A stretch of DNA of 63,990 nt, filler included, from Choristocarpus tenellus KU-1152 (GCA_964200185.2; 8 parts of 8 records of this genome joined end to end with filler, not necessarily neighbours in it); one strand, 5' to 3'; shown: positions 26,972 to 40,903, counted from the first letter of the whole stretch. The notes: a model not told the origin generated them from the sequence alone. Program-made: numbers and translations.

Positions 26972-27578
26972 GTCACTAATTGTCCGCCGAATTTATCGTT
27001 GTTTTAGTCGTCGAACTTAAATATGGAAAAGTCATCACCACCACATGTAATGGTAGACTCGCAGTTTAAGTATTATTTTGCTAGGTTGCCCTTAACTTTG
27101 GATTAACTTGTCCAGACCGCAATGCTGACCCAGTACAATCGTGGATTCAAATAGAACCCGGCACACAGTATACTCCGAGTATGCCACATATCCATATGTG
27201 AACATGGTTGTCGGAGAACGGTTGGTTGGGTACTCATTTCGGTGACATATCCAAAGAGGGAGCAACAGTCCAGAATGTATAAAAGTAGCAACCTTTAGTT
27301 CAATATCTTTACTATGCAGCGTTTTCTCATTCGCAATGTTGAGAAAGACCCTTGCTACTTGCACCTTTGGTTTAATTATGCATTGTTGCACTGCCTATAA
27401 TGTCAGCACCAGTATCACATAGTGCCAGGAAACTCAGCAGGGTCTGACACATAATCTCTCTCCCATAACATCATCCCCATCTACTGACCTCTAAGGGCAA
27501 GATGCTTGCATCTAGCCGTGGTGGTAGAGGTATTGGTAGAGGGAGGGGGAGAGGAAGAGGACGGGGGAGGGGAAGGGG

Positions 27579-27678
27579 NNNNNNNNNNNNNNNNNNNNNN
27601 NNNNNNNNNNNNNNNNNNNNNNTTAATTAATTAANNNNNNNNNNNNNNNNNNNNNNNNNNNNNNNNNNNNNNNNNNNN
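27579..27678. other. Artificial contig linker
   Basis: N44-TTAATTAATTAA-N44. Confidence 0.98.
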
Positions 27679-28252
27679 CCCCCCCCAAGAAACACACATA
27701 CATATATGGGTGTGTGAAACAATAGCAAAAAAAAAAGTTCTTCAGTGGGGTTGACTTGCATGAAATGAGGCAGAGAACAAAATACTATAAAAAATACTTT
27801 TAGACAAAACAATTCACAGTAAAGGAGAGGTCAAAACAAGACTATTTCATGATGAGGATGAAGTGGTGCAAAGAAATAAAGCATTGCTGACACAGCTTCC
27901 TCCCATTATGGAACTATCTTTAATTTAAACCTCTACATCACACTGCCAACGCCCCCACATGCTGTTTACATAGTTTGAATAGGATCGTTTTTTAGCCCTA
28001 TTAACAGTGCATGTGACACGTGATTGACAAAATATGTCTGTGTTGCTGGTCCCAAGAATCTGGCACCAAAATGAGTGCTCCATGAGGTGACACCTGCACC
28101 ACCTTCCTCATGCTAATGCACAACTTGAGTATGAAAATAACAAAATGATGCCAATGATTTGTACTGGAAACAGAGCAGCGATGAGGTGGAGGACTGAAGT
28201 ACTTTGATGCTCAGTAAGTACAAGAACATATCAAGACTTTGAACAAGCTCAC

Positions 28253-29664
28253 CTTCCTCTTGCGTGTTTGATCTGTGTACCGACTTATAAGGTCAGCATA
28301 TTGTTCACGCTTCAGTGTGTTTGCCTGCACAAGCAGGTAATCAACACACACACATAACCCCATCGAATTGTTAGGTTGGAAGGGACAGTCAGTCTGAAGA
28401 GAAACCCACTCTGTCTTCCAGACCATCAAAGGGTGATGGCACAGGATTACTTTTGTAATTTCAAAAGGCACCATACCTTGTGCACTGTCAACATGTAAGT
28501 AGTTCATGGTTTTCTGTTGACTTAGGACTCGACACACAAAATTTCACGTCTGTGCCCATGTCGTAATCTAGATGATTAGCTTTATCAAGATCAGCCAGTG
28601 GCACAGAACATGAAGGGGGTGTCATCAGTGCTTTGTTCGATACGGCCTTGTGTTATGTCGAGATTCAAGTCTACCTCCAGCTGTCATATTCATACGTCAT
28701 ACTCCAAAAAAACGAGATGCATTTCCTTCAACGTGGGATTGTGTTGCCTCATCCACACTTTCTTCTGATCCTAACCGTGTTAAGAAAATGACACATGTTG
28801 GGTACTTTATTGAAAGTGCATTGACGGTCATCAGACCTGCCCTCCACTTTCACACACCTCGGCACCAGGCTGAATTTTAGACGAAAGGTAAAGCGTGTTG
28901 AGACAATACTATTGCATGCCCATGTGACAAATGATCAATGACGCGAGTTTTTGCTCGGATATAAACCTCCTTGTACTTGTAGCCCTACTTGACCTTACCT
29001 GTCCAGGCACGAGCTCCACATCCCAAAAGCTGTCCACGAAGAACGTAGCGACCTCCTTCATATCATCAGCCGATGCCAGGGAGAGCTGAATTAGAGTCAA
29101 GGGTGGGGCGTAAGATTCAAGGGGGACGTCATGGGTATGGAGGTGCCCAAGGCTCCCACTTGGTGATTGCAAGAATGTACTTCGAAACATCACGTAGGAA
29201 ATCGATCGTGTCACAAACAAGCTGAGGGCAGAACTGTCCAAGCATATCCCAGTTCGAAATCCTCATATATCCTTCTAGCATAGAGTAGTATCGTACCCCA
29301 ATCATCTCCAGAGGTGGCCGGGAAGTCGTCCGAGGCGTGCTCACGACTCGCGTCGACAAACTAGTTTGAACAAAAGGGGCCAACAAAGCCCTCACATCTG
29401 CAAGTCCGGTATGTGCAGCAATAAAGATAGAGGGGTCTTTATAGTATGGAATGTTAAACGTTCTGAGATGCAGAATGTGCTACATGCCATCGCCAACAGA
29501 AGGTGACTATTGTTTCTCACAAAAGCATAATACGATTACGGTCAGTGGAAGTCGTCTTCGTCACGGGTAGGCTCAAAGCAAAAGAGAGGAGAGAGAGAGT
29601 GCTCACTCGGACCTGCAATAGTATATAACCATACCACGCTGCACAGAACGTAAAGCTTCATCAT
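28253..29664 (-). CDS. Probable plastid-targeted GNAT acetyltransferase, 5' part; exons 29664-29607, 29397-29297, 29085-28999, 28324-28253
   Basis: Signal peptide MMKLYVLCSVVWLYTIAGPNVRA-L plus an S/T/R-rich transit segment, then LSLASADDMKEVATFFVDSF..EQYADLISRY. Phases consistent. The acetyl-CoA-binding motif is not in the window, so the family call is tentative. Confidence 0.6.
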
Positions 29665-30357
29665 TGTAGTCTTATCCTTATACACTTGACAGTGTACTGA
29701 GCACTCGTCAACATGTATGACTACTACTAGTGTGTAAAGGTGATGACAAGGATGAGGTGGGAAAATTGAAACCGCGCGAGCTCGCGAATGTATTATCTAA
29801 GAACATTTTTATTTTACGAAGACGTAATGGTGGAGAGACGAAGGGAGTTTCTGAACAGCGTGTTGTCTAAACACAATATTAACTGTCAGAATTTAGACTG
29901 GGATGGTGGTTGGAGGGGAGATAAATTGCAGGTCAAGCAAAGTAAACTTCGCATAAGGGGAACGAAAACGGGTCTCACCTTTTTAGAAACGTTCTCGTGG
30001 CGATATTTTATTTTCCTCAGGAGAGAAACACGTGGAGAGGAAACACCTGACTGAGGGCGGGAGATTGGTAGGATCATCCGGTGGGGTGACCAGACGTGAG
30101 AAGAATGTCTATGATTAGGTGAGATGCTACAATTGGTTACATGCCCCATGAGGCATGATTTTTTAAGATCTTTGTGCCGAACTTATGCCTCATGGCCCTC
30201 AGATTGGAATTCCGCGTAACGCCTGAGGTCCCCTCGTTCTTCTGCTGCCTTGTGCTTGCAACTGAAGCTGGTTCAGGAATCCTCCGCTGATAAAGACCAA
30301 GCGTCGTGCAGCTCGAACCTCCCGCTGCTGGTTTTCAACTACTCCTTTCAAGAGAAG

Positions 30358-32589
30358 ATGTTGAAGCCGTCAGTCAATGATCGTATGTCTTGTCGCTGCT
30401 TCTAAGGACCGTGTATTTTCACTATCTGCCTTGAAAAACAAAATGGGTTCCTATGTTACTACTAATCTTATGTGTAGTGTCTGAATGTTTGTAATGTTCG
30501 GTTCGATAATTCGCGTTGTGGCATTGTCCTGTTTGACAGGGGTATGGGCCCATCATCTTTCAACTTCAAGGAACCGACAGCAAGAGAAGCAACCCCCAGT
30601 GTGCGTATGTCCGTCGTCTCGAAAATCCGCACAAGGAATTTAAGTTTGCCATGAACACATTAATTTTTCCACCTAGTATATATATTGAGAGTTAATCACC
30701 CCCCCATGTTCTCAACAGGGTACAGTGCATTATGATATGTCTGTATAATTTGGTAATCTTGCCCTCGGTTCCATACCGTGGGCATTCCAATTGATGATCT
30801 CTCTCTTAAGCCACCCACCTTGCGCATGTATACTCGTCAGGTGCAGTGCAGAGTCACGCGTGAAGCGTGCCCGGATTTCTGATGTGGAGAGTACGGGAAA
30901 AGACAAATGTGGCACACTCCTTCGAAAGGAGGAATTGAGGAGACGGAATGAGTCACCAATGCTGTCCCCCAGGGCCCCAAGTCCGACACCCTCGTCCTCC
31001 TCCTCCCTTTCCGCTTGTACCACCTCATCAAACTTCTCCTGGTCCTCTTCGTTTTCATCCTCATCGAGATCTTCAGCCCTAAGCTCTTCTAAGGGAAGTG
31101 GCCAGGCAGATAGGAGGGGGAGGCGTCAAGAGAGGGAAAGAAGGGAATGCTATAACTCAATTAGCAAAATCAGACACCAGTCCAGGGAAAGGAGAACAAA
31201 TATAGGCAGGAGGAGTAGGAAACGAGAATGCAGCAGGGAGTATGATTACCCCGGTCCTCAGAAGCGTCTGGTGCCGCCTACCCGAACGTTGAAAGTGAGT
31301 GGAAGGTGGTTTTGCTGGCACAGGGAGCTGTGGTGGCTAGTTCTCCTATTTGCTGCCTTTTTGTGTCTCTGTCCTCCATCTCGTCTTTTCCATGTTCTTC
31401 CCCCACCGGTGTGAGAAATTACATTGTCTTGCTGCCGTGGTTCCTTGCAGATGGAGTTCTGGGTACGCACAGAGGCGTGCAAAAAGATCAAGACCAAGCA
31501 TTTGGAGTATCTTGACCGCTACTACTATTCACGAGAACAGGTGCATACTTTTTTTCCATAAATATTGAGAAATGTAACGTAACCTCGAACGGGAATTTGA
31601 AGTGGGTTTGGTATTCGAGTTGATAGATGTCTTAATTGAAATGGTGATTCAAGATAAAATAGTTCGTAACATACCAGCCTCAGATTTGTTTTTGTGCACA
31701 GATAACTGCTTTCCCTCCATGGGGAAAGAAGTAGGGTTTTAGTTTAGTCTTTAGTACAGTGTAATTTTTCCAGTATTTGCTCACCTTAGTACCAGTACGC
31801 CTCGCACAACACTTCTGATGATCTTACCTGCTGTTGATAGAGGTCAAACTTTTGTTTGAGATTATAGGATCATTCTGGGTTTTTGTTTTTGTGAACAGCT
31901 GAATTTATTATGATTTTTTTTGTTACCCTCCACTCCTGATGTTTGCCAAGGGGAAATTGAAATCTTTGCTTCCATTCTTACTCTATAGAGAAAAAGTCAA
32001 CTATATACTAATACTTGCCGAACTTTTAATGTTATTGAGAAAAGTCAGTTAGAAAGCTCCTGTGTTAGCACTATTTTTTCCAAGACTTTGCATGTATTTA
32101 TGGGTGGTTGGAATTGAGACAAAGAACGTTTCTGTTGACCTTTTCATATCCCCGTAAAATCCTCAGTTCATCGAGGACACGGTCTTCACATGCCCAATGA
32201 CAGGGGAGCAAAGAGATGTGGTGCTTGAGCCCAACATGTTCCCCTATGATACCCCACAAGACATTGAGCATTGGACACTATGGAGCCGGAATGATCTCTC
32301 TGAACCTGAGCTGATGAAGTTTGTGGAGGGCTGGGTAGTAAAGAATCGTCCCCAAGTTGTGGAGTGGGATTACGATGATAATGCAGGGGACAGGTCGATC
32401 AACTGGTACCATGTGCATGTGTTCTTTCGTCTTGATCACACCAAAAACGGCTTCAAGAGAGTGCATGATGCAGGATCCAAGTACAATACTGACACTCCAG
32501 GACTGGACATGGTAGGGAAGGTCAAGGGCTTGCAGTATTGTAAGGGTGGTGAGGATCGTACCTTGAGTAATGACCGAAGGGCTGGTTGA
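30358..32589 (+). CDS. DUF3605-family protein, about 350 aa; exons 30358-30382, 30540-30600, 30841-31294, 31451-31540, 32167-32589
   Basis: PNMFPYDTPQDIEHWTLWS ... N..DRSINWYHVHVF motif set; 1053 nt in frame; Ser- and Arg-rich N-terminal extension. Confidence 0.78.
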
Positions 32590-33799
32590 TGCAAAGAGCA
32601 AGTTTATGTGTTTGTATGTCTTCATACCATACGCAGTGCCATTAGTGGTTATATTTGTTTCCTGTGTTGGCGTTTTGTATGCATTATTTTTATTTGAGTA
32701 TAACCTAGTGCCATTGTGTTATCATATGCTTACAGGAAAAATAGTCAGAGGACACCATTGGATGGTGCACCACTGCAACATTGTAGCGTATAGTCCTTAA
32801 GCAAAGGGCATGTAAATTGAATCATATTAAACTCAATTGTTCTTGACGGCATGTGATATGCAGGGTTAATGTTCTGGACTGCTCTACAGCACAGTTGCAA
32901 GGAGGAACCGTCAACAATTATTTACATGTTCAAATAAAAAAGTGAAACTCAACATTGCTACATACATTTGCACATAAAAATTGTGTCATTTCAGGATCAT
33001 CTCAGAGCTCTACATAGAGGGGATGTGCTGAAGAAATGAAATATAGAACTAAGGTGGAGCTGTGCTGTACTACTTACTACATGTTCATAGTTGTATTGAT
33101 GGGGAATGGACATTGTCAAGACACTTCAACCGAACAAGCCTTGTGTGTCCAAACTCTGTTGTATGGAGGTAGTCTCCCAGTTTGTGTAGGTGAACGTATG
33201 TTACTTCAAAGTGTTTGACTGTAACTGAGAGTCGGAAAGACTAAAGCTTGAGGAAAGCGTGCACAAAAGAAACTGTTGTGTGAATTGAAGAAACTCGTGT
33301 CTGAATTGAAGGCCCGAGCCGCGACCAGAGGAGAGACTTAATGTTGGGCAAGATGTGTGTACCTTTGATTGCAGGGCAGTGTTGGTCTCCAGTTCAACTT
33401 CGAGCAAGGAGAATAATACTATGAGAATCTTTCGATGCAGCAAACACACTAAGCTGCCACTCAAGTCTCAATTGAACAGATAATAGGGGCAGCAGTGTAC
33501 ACCACACTCACAGTGAACAGAGTAATCAACACATTGTACTTTGTTCAGAGGATGCTGCATGCATCTATGCTCTAAACAATAGGCAAATATCACTCTGCAG
33601 CAAAAACATACCCTACTCACTTCTTCACTGGTTATGATGTTCATACATGAGAAACAAGTACAACACAAAAATATACAGATTCTATGATGCTATCCCCATA
33701 AGCCTGGTATTGTCTCAAAATTGATTTGCAAAGGGAATATCTTTGATGGACACTCATCCACAGATGACAGCAAGGTCGATTCTTCCCAACTTGTTCAAG

Positions 33800-35112
33800 T
33801 CATCCATTGGTCTCCACGTGTGCAATGTCCCATGGACCCTCGATACGAAGCTTGTACTGCTGCACCCCCATAAGCCAGAGTGGGCACCCGATAGTAACAA
33901 ATACAACAGTGCAAGAGTAGGCGAAGAAGAGGGTCCTGTGCTGCAAGAACAGTAGAAGTCCAGAGGCAATCACCATGGCGGCAGTAAGTGCCACATGGAG
34001 GAGGAGGCTGTATCGCTTGACCTCCCGCCTGCTTATGGTGAGGGTAAGAACAGGGCTTGTTGGTTGAAGAAAGGACTGTGATCGTGGGCTGTACTCATAT
34101 TCACTAACTAGGAGTGAGTAAACTTGACTCTACAGAGCTTTTGAAACACATACTGTTAGACATTATGCACTTTATGTATATGCTAGACCTCCAAGAGGTT
34201 TATGTTTACCTCACCATACGATGTATAGTACACGAAAAGAAAAGAGAGCATAGTTGTCAATTTCCTACTTTTTTATTTTCATTTTGTATGTAGAACTATG
34301 CAATTGCCCACAGTCAAATCAATAAATTCTACAGAAAAAGGCACAAAGAAAAATAACAAACTGGTTTCATTCTCAGGAAAGCTGGTTGGTGTACTATGGA
34401 ATATTCCTGGAATGTTCCAAACAAAATATCATTTTACAATCCATCCATCACTATCTTCGTTGTTTTATTGGTACCCCTAAAAGACACCTAAGTTTCTACA
34501 AGCACAAGTAACCCACTGGTGCTACCTTAACATCAGCATGTAGGTGCAGCAATGTATCACCAATAATTGCCTTCTCCTCAGTGACAAAGTCAACTAGGGC
34601 TCTCTCTATACCCAACATCATCAATTTACTTCAAACCAATATGCACAGGAATTGTAGGGGCAAATACAATTCACCTCAATTAGAAGAGTGGAGTCTTGGA
34701 TTTGACCTACTTATTTCTTAAAGCGAAAAATGAGGAAAAAAACAATATTTTGACACTCTATTTATTTACTACTAATACTGCACTTGATGCATGCTTGCAT
34801 CATTTCACACAAAGCCTGTTTTGAAGTATCTAATATAAATAGAATACTATAGTGCATCATATTAGTACAAAGCAAAAAACAAGACCACCTCCCCGAAGGT
34901 TCCATGTTTTATTTTTATCCATTCCTTTGATGCAAACCATAAGACATGCACTATACTATACAGTATTATTACTGGTAGTATTACCTGGCCAGAGGGAAGA
35001 AAGCAAAGACCTCCAGGGCAAAAAGGACTAGACCAAACACAAGCTCGTTGCTCTCCAGCCGAGATGCCAAAAGCACTGCTGCAAAGATGGCAGCATTTAA
35101 GCTCAATGTTCC
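33800..35112 (-). CDS. PIGC: GPI-GlcNAc transferase subunit C (PIG-C/GPI2), last two exons 35112-34985 and 34028-33800
   Basis: GTLSLNAAIFAAVLLASRL..FALEVFAFFP; C-terminal CPLWLMGVQQYKLRIEGPWD. Confidence 0.9.
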
Positions 35113-36357
35113 CTATTGAAATGTCATTTTTGATAGGGCAGGGGAATTGTTATTCAGTGTCAACAGATTTTTCATATGCATTTGTTAATACACTATTTTT
35201 CAAAGCTATTTGAACCGCAACTCCTACCTGGAATATACTTAGGCTCAGTAAGAGTGGTGAGTGAGGGGTCTATATGCAGTGCTCTGGAGCAAAAAAAAGA
35301 GAGACCTGTAGCAATCATGTTGTAACTGCCGCCTTATAATTTTTCTTAATATTGTTTTCAAACCTTCGTAGATGTGTTCCATGAAACCCCCCAAATGCTC
35401 AGTCATGTTTACTTCCTGAAAACTTGCTAAGCCGTAGAAAAATGAGAAGAAAAAGAATAAGAAAAAAATAACATGCAAAAAATATTTGGCTCACTTCAGT
35501 TCCTCCTTCTCTGTGCTTGGTCAGTTAGGCTGGAGACCTACAACCTACTACTTCAAACAGAATCAAGTCACAACTACAGAGCTGCTGGGGATGGTAGTCA
35601 ATCAGACAGAAGGTGGTAGGGTGAGGAAGGGTACATGACCGCTCACACCGCAGTCAGTCACCCATGTTATTGAGGTGATAACACTGGGTCTAGTTTAACT
35701 GTAGACAAGACACTGAACCATTGCATCTTAGAGGGGGGTGTCATCGAATATTTCGGATGCCTCCAATCGCTTTCTTGTACTTGCATGTGCTTCTAGTACT
35801 CTAGAAGGCGATTTCACACTTATGTGGGCGGGTGATTGATTCCTCTTGTACAGTCAAAGCCTCATTTATAAGGTTGGCTGCAGTCCAGGCACAGGAATGA
35901 GGTGTCAGGTAGGATGTTTAAAATTCCCAAAATGTCCAATGCTCAAAATGGTATAAATAGATCCCCAAACCCTCCAAGATAAGATTGCTCCCTCATGTAA
36001 GTCTTCTGAACATACTGCCGACCCAGGCAGTTACACTCAACTATTGAAAAAAAAGTGTACTCTAGTTGGTACTAAATGTGTCGATATGATTGATGACACT
36101 ATAAGATTCATGTCCTACAGAAAAAACCATACTTGCAATCTAGAGAGGAGGCTGGCCAAGAGTGAATGAAGGCATCGCCCCCAACAAAGGCATACACAGC
36201 AGTTACATGTTGACCCTTGTCGTGATACCTCACAATATATTGAGGTCATGGTGGTACAACTCTACTGCAGCAGAGTGATGCAGCAAATGACAAAAGGACA
36301 CATCACAAACTTGGTACCTTATCCACTAAACGGATGTCATCGTATGTCAACACTGGA

Positions 36358-36464
36358 GGGTCAAAGTATCTGGGGGGAGGGGGGGGGGGGGGGGGGGGGG
36401 GGTGGCCAGGGGGGGCCAATTTTTTTTTGTTTTGATTTTTGGGGGTTTTGGTTCCTTAGGTTTG
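36358..36464. mobile_element. MITE family A left end at a contig break
   Basis: gggtcaaagtatctggggg followed by poly-G. Confidence 0.7.
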
Positions 36465-36564
36465 NNNNNNNNNNNNNNNNNNNNNNNNNNNNNNNNNNNN
36501 NNNNNNNNTTAATTAATTAANNNNNNNNNNNNNNNNNNNNNNNNNNNNNNNNNNNNNNNNNNNN
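36465..36564. other. Artificial contig linker
   Basis: N44-TTAATTAATTAA-N44. Confidence 0.98.
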
Positions 36565-36738
36565 TTTTTCAAAAATCATATAAAGTCACCCGCTCACTCC
36601 CCACCTCCCCATCTCCACATTCCATGCATTAGTCCCCCCTCAAGAAACTCTGAGTCATCTCTTCACACCGACTGGGAGACTAGGTTCCGTTACGAGAAAA
36701 TTCTACGGAGCGTATCAAATCAAAAATACACACAAAAA

Positions 36739-36743
36739 CACGC

Positions 36744-36781
<38 letters not shown>

Positions 36782-36810
36782 CACACACAACACACAACAC
36801 ACACACACAC
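36739..36810. repeat. (CA)n microsatellite, intronic
   Basis: Directly visible. Confidence 0.9.
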
Positions 36811-36823
36811 GGGAAACCCTCAC

Positions 36824-39701
36824 CTTGTCGTACACTGCTGCTTCGTCCTCCGTCATTCCGTATGGGTCTCTTCCGACGGAAGGAGGTTTTCCCACCGGCA
36901 CAGGCGATCTCTTTGCAGGGAGGCGTTTCTCCTTCCCTCCCCGCCCTTCCCCCTCTTCCTCTTCAAGCAAAGACGCCATCCTTGACACTCGCTTGGGAGA
37001 TCGCTTGGTTTGGGCCCTGTCGTCTGCGGCCTTACGACCAGCTGCAATCGACACCCGATTTCTTGAGGGGGAGGGGGAGGTACTCCTGGGGGACGATCGG
37101 CATTTCTCTTTTTTCTTTTGTATTGTTGTTCTGGTGGTGGACGCGTCCTGTTGCGCAGTGATGAGGCTGGAAGGGAGCATTGTCCTGGTTGGGATGTGGA
37201 GTCCCTTTTTGGCCACGCATGTAACCAGGTGCATGGCAACCAAGAACTCCTGGGGGGAAGATGCGGCATGTTTGATTCAAGTTCAGCAAGTGTTCCAGCA
37301 GGAGGATGAGGCGCATCATACTATATCTGCTGATCGGATCATTTCAACAGGGCAGGGCGCTCTTGAGCACAAAATGCTCTCCCCTTGGTTTCTTTGGTAC
37401 ATGGAGTATTATTCTACATCCTATCTGGTATTCACCACAGGAGAATTGTCTCAATGTGTGAGTGTATATATATGCAGAGCTCTTGAGGTCTTTCAATCAC
37501 CGGTTTTTTCACGTGCCAAAGTATCTTAGAGGGTACAGCCGCGTCCATTTGGGGCCAAAATTCGATGTTGTGATTTTGATGTAATTTTGGCTATCGTGTT
37601 TGTTAGGAAGTGTCAATATCCTTGTTCCGGACATAGCTTTTCATAACGTAGACGTTATACCTACTCCGAAATATTTTGGAGTGGGAAAATGTCATAAAAA
37701 CCCGAGATAAGCCAAGCCCCAAATGGACAAACAGGGCAAAACTCTCTCCCTCTAAGATACTTTCACTCTCACATCGCTGCATGCAAACATTGGGAGTTTA
37801 CAGGGGGGTTTACAATGGGCCGTGACAAATTTCTTCGCTGGGTCTGCCTCTACTCAATGCTGGTTCTCCTTCCTGCCCATCTAGTTGACCTTTTACACCT
37901 ATCAGCTGTCCTCACCCACCCACACACTCAACCCCTTCGCCCTGCAAAACTTCAAAACCTTGACTGATATTCTCAACAAAGCGCATGTAAGTCGTATCCC
38001 TTAGTGTCTTCAGTAGCCAAGGAGATAAAACAAAATTGTCATAGTGGTTTCATCCTCCCACTACTCAGTATACTTACTGTCTAATCTGTAGACTTGGAAC
38101 GACTTTGTGAACACCCTCCAGCATACTCTCCTCCCCCTCCACATAGGTATTGTAGCATTGCCAGTCTTGTATACTTCACTTGTTCACCAACACATTTCAC
38201 CAGAGGTCCATGAGCAGCAAAGAGTTGTAGCCCTCTACGTCATCAGGCTAAGAGGGATTGGAAGACGAAGTAATCCTACACTTCCATATTCACCTTCTTC
38301 ACCTATTTATGTAATGGGGAAAACTGTGCTACAGTAGACAACATCCTGCTTATGGTAGCAAAGTGCTGATATTACATATCATTCAAGCACAGACATCGCA
38401 GGAGGTGGTCTTGCTATTAATACTGTGAAGTGGGACTAGTCATTGGTGTGACTATCTGAAGATGGTATAATGTGGTTGGTATAGCTACTCGGAGGATACA
38501 CGGAACCAACCTCCATTACCAAGGTGTAAACTTGACTCAGCGTATCATGAGTTTGTGAACATCTGAAGGGTAGCCGGGATGAATAGTAATTATCAGGGCA
38601 GTGTCTCCATGAACTGATGATGTTAGGCGATGAGCACTTGACCTGAGGCCATGGGAGAGGTAGCGGCTTGCATGCTCTGAGTCTGGTTTCTACTCAATCT
38701 GCTCATGTGCAACAACCAGAACAGGTCCTGCCATAGCAGGAGCAGCAGCAGAGAAGCAGCAGAGCAGCATCACCACCACAGGTTCCCTCCTGTACAACGC
38801 AATGGCTCATCGCCTTCTCCCCTCCAAAAAACCCTCCTTCCTCCACTTGTTTCGCTCGTACTCCTTCACCACGCACTTTTTCATTTATCGATTGGATTGG
38901 TGGGCATCGTATAGACACGGGTCGAGCCCTAATTGTTTATAACCACGATATAATTGTTTTTGGCAGATTATGGCCGTTCAGAGGTCCTAACTGTCCAACG
39001 TTTTACGAGTAATCCGATAATCACCACCACGCGCACACTATTTCGTTCCATGGAAGTTCCCCAAATAGTTCGTGCAGATATGTACAGACGATAAATGATG
39101 TTTAAACCGAATTGTTTTGCGTAAGAGGCTCGCCTTTGCGAAAGAAAACATGCGATTAGAGGCTTCTGCTCGAGTGCTATGTTGAGCAGTCTATTCTCAA
39201 GGCACGACATATTACACCTCACCCCTGGCAAACCTGGCGTGAGAGCTTCCCATCCTTGTCTTGGTCGGAAAGCTCCCACAGAGTCGCAAGGGTGCCTCTA
39301 TGCAGCCCTGACTTTTTGAGCATAGGCACCACTTCATTATCTGTTAGAAACCCCTCCTTGTCCCCACCCAGCTTTTCGAAAACCTGTGAATATTTAAAAC
39401 AGATACAGACCAAATGTCCTTGGTTCTCTGTCTTAAACCTCAATGCAGGAATCATTGATGCAACGCTCATAGGATCTCAGTGTACGAAGCAAAATATGAC
39501 ATCCAGAGAACGTGAGCAGTGTGAGATAACTAACTACTGAGGAGAATGAGTCAAGACCAGACCAGCTAGAGCATCATATCTTGTTTTTTCAATATCTTGT
39601 ACCTTTTCATATCCTGATGCTTCTTCACTAGATAAGTTGTATGGACTGTCTTCTTGCGCAGCGAATGACTCTGGCCGAGCAGTTGCCACTGACTGCACCA
39701 T
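36824..39701 (-). CDS. EH (Eps15-homology) domain protein, at least two EH domains, partial; exons 39701-39603, 39383-39234, 37249-36824
   Basis: PYNLSSEEASGYEK|VFEKL..KSGLHRGTLATLWELSDQDKDGKLSRQ|EFLVAMHLV; a second EH domain starts at DPYGMTEDEAAVYDK. Confidence 0.88.
37513..37768. mobile_element. MITE family B copy (inverted relative to 3834-4091), intronic
   Basis: caaagtatcttagagggta / ccctctaagatactttcactc; interior is the reverse complement of 3834-4091. Confidence 0.88.
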
Positions 39702-40378
39702 TGCCTTCTTATACCTTGGTAGCACTTAATAGGGTACACGTCCTACAAAGAGACCCTCAACAGGTCTGTTGCGCCTACCCCACCATGCGTACTCCCAGAT
39801 CTCGGTCCTGTTGTCCATGGTGGGTTCAAGCAAAATACATTATTATATTTCCTCGAAGCACCGCCTAGAGCACAACAACATTCTACACTGAGGTACGAAG
39901 ATATTGGGCCAACCTTTCCGCCTATTGCACGACCAAACACACAACACCCATGCACTGGCGTACCAAACCACAGCCCATCAATTCGAAAGATAAAATCAGT
40001 TGATGCCAAAAAAATCTGGTGACGTTTCATTCTCGAATATAATTAATGTTATGTACAACATCAACTTGTATCTATATCATATTATTATGCCCTCTGACAT
40101 TTTTTAGATGTGTCAGGGGGAAAACAAAAAAAAACTATAGATATGTCAGTATAAGCCCTAAAGAAATAAAAATATCATAAATGTGAAAAATACTATAAAA
40201 CACTATAAATAATGTTAAAAACACTTTTATCTATTTATTACTTCACCGCTATCAACATTGTTCTACTGCCTTCCTGCGCTTCCAATCTACCTACTCCTGC
40301 GCCCCGGGTGGAGGAGCTAGGGAGGCCTCACAAGATTCCAATAAATCCCTTCGTCCCCATCTCCCTGGTGACTCTAGC

Positions 40379-40431
40379 TTAAAACGCATGACACGTCTAG
40401 ATCGTGCCACTTGCGTAGTTACCGAGACAAT
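40379..40431. repeat. Dispersed repeat E, copy 2
   Basis: Matches 7552-7604. Confidence 0.55.
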
Positions 40432-40712
40432 TTGGCGTAGCCGGGATTTGACTACTACTCCTTTTCTACTAAATCCTCCAGTTGTTATCTATTATTAATA
40501 CAAAATTATTACTATATATTCAAATTACACCTACAAATATTATAATGTACTATAAATAATCAAGTATCTTTTATACTTCCAAACTAGTGTGTCGTGTGAA
40601 GTATCATTTTTGTTTGGGTTAGGTCCATGATTTGAATGTAAAAGTCCTACACGTACGATACACCAGTCTCAACTGCCAGGATATAGAACTCTCCTCTTTG
40701 GTGGCTCTTGGT

Positions 40713-40751
40713 GGGTCAAAGTATCTTGGGGGGGGGGGTGGTTTGTGAGGG
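40713..40751. mobile_element. MITE family A left end at a contig break
   Basis: gggtcaaagtatcttgggggg. Confidence 0.7.
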
Positions 40752-40851
40752 NNNNNNNNNNNNNNNNNNNNNNNNNNNNNNNNNNNNNNNNNNNNTTAAT
40801 TAATTAANNNNNNNNNNNNNNNNNNNNNNNNNNNNNNNNNNNNNNNNNNNN
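40752..40851. other. Artificial contig linker
   Basis: N44-TTAATTAATTAA-N44. Confidence 0.98.

Positions 40852-40903
<52 letters not shown>

Noticed and set aside
40852-40902. About 50-nt pure poly-G (similar tracts near 18190 and 36380)
   Set aside because: At contig or gap edges, where the length is unreliable and probably artefactual.
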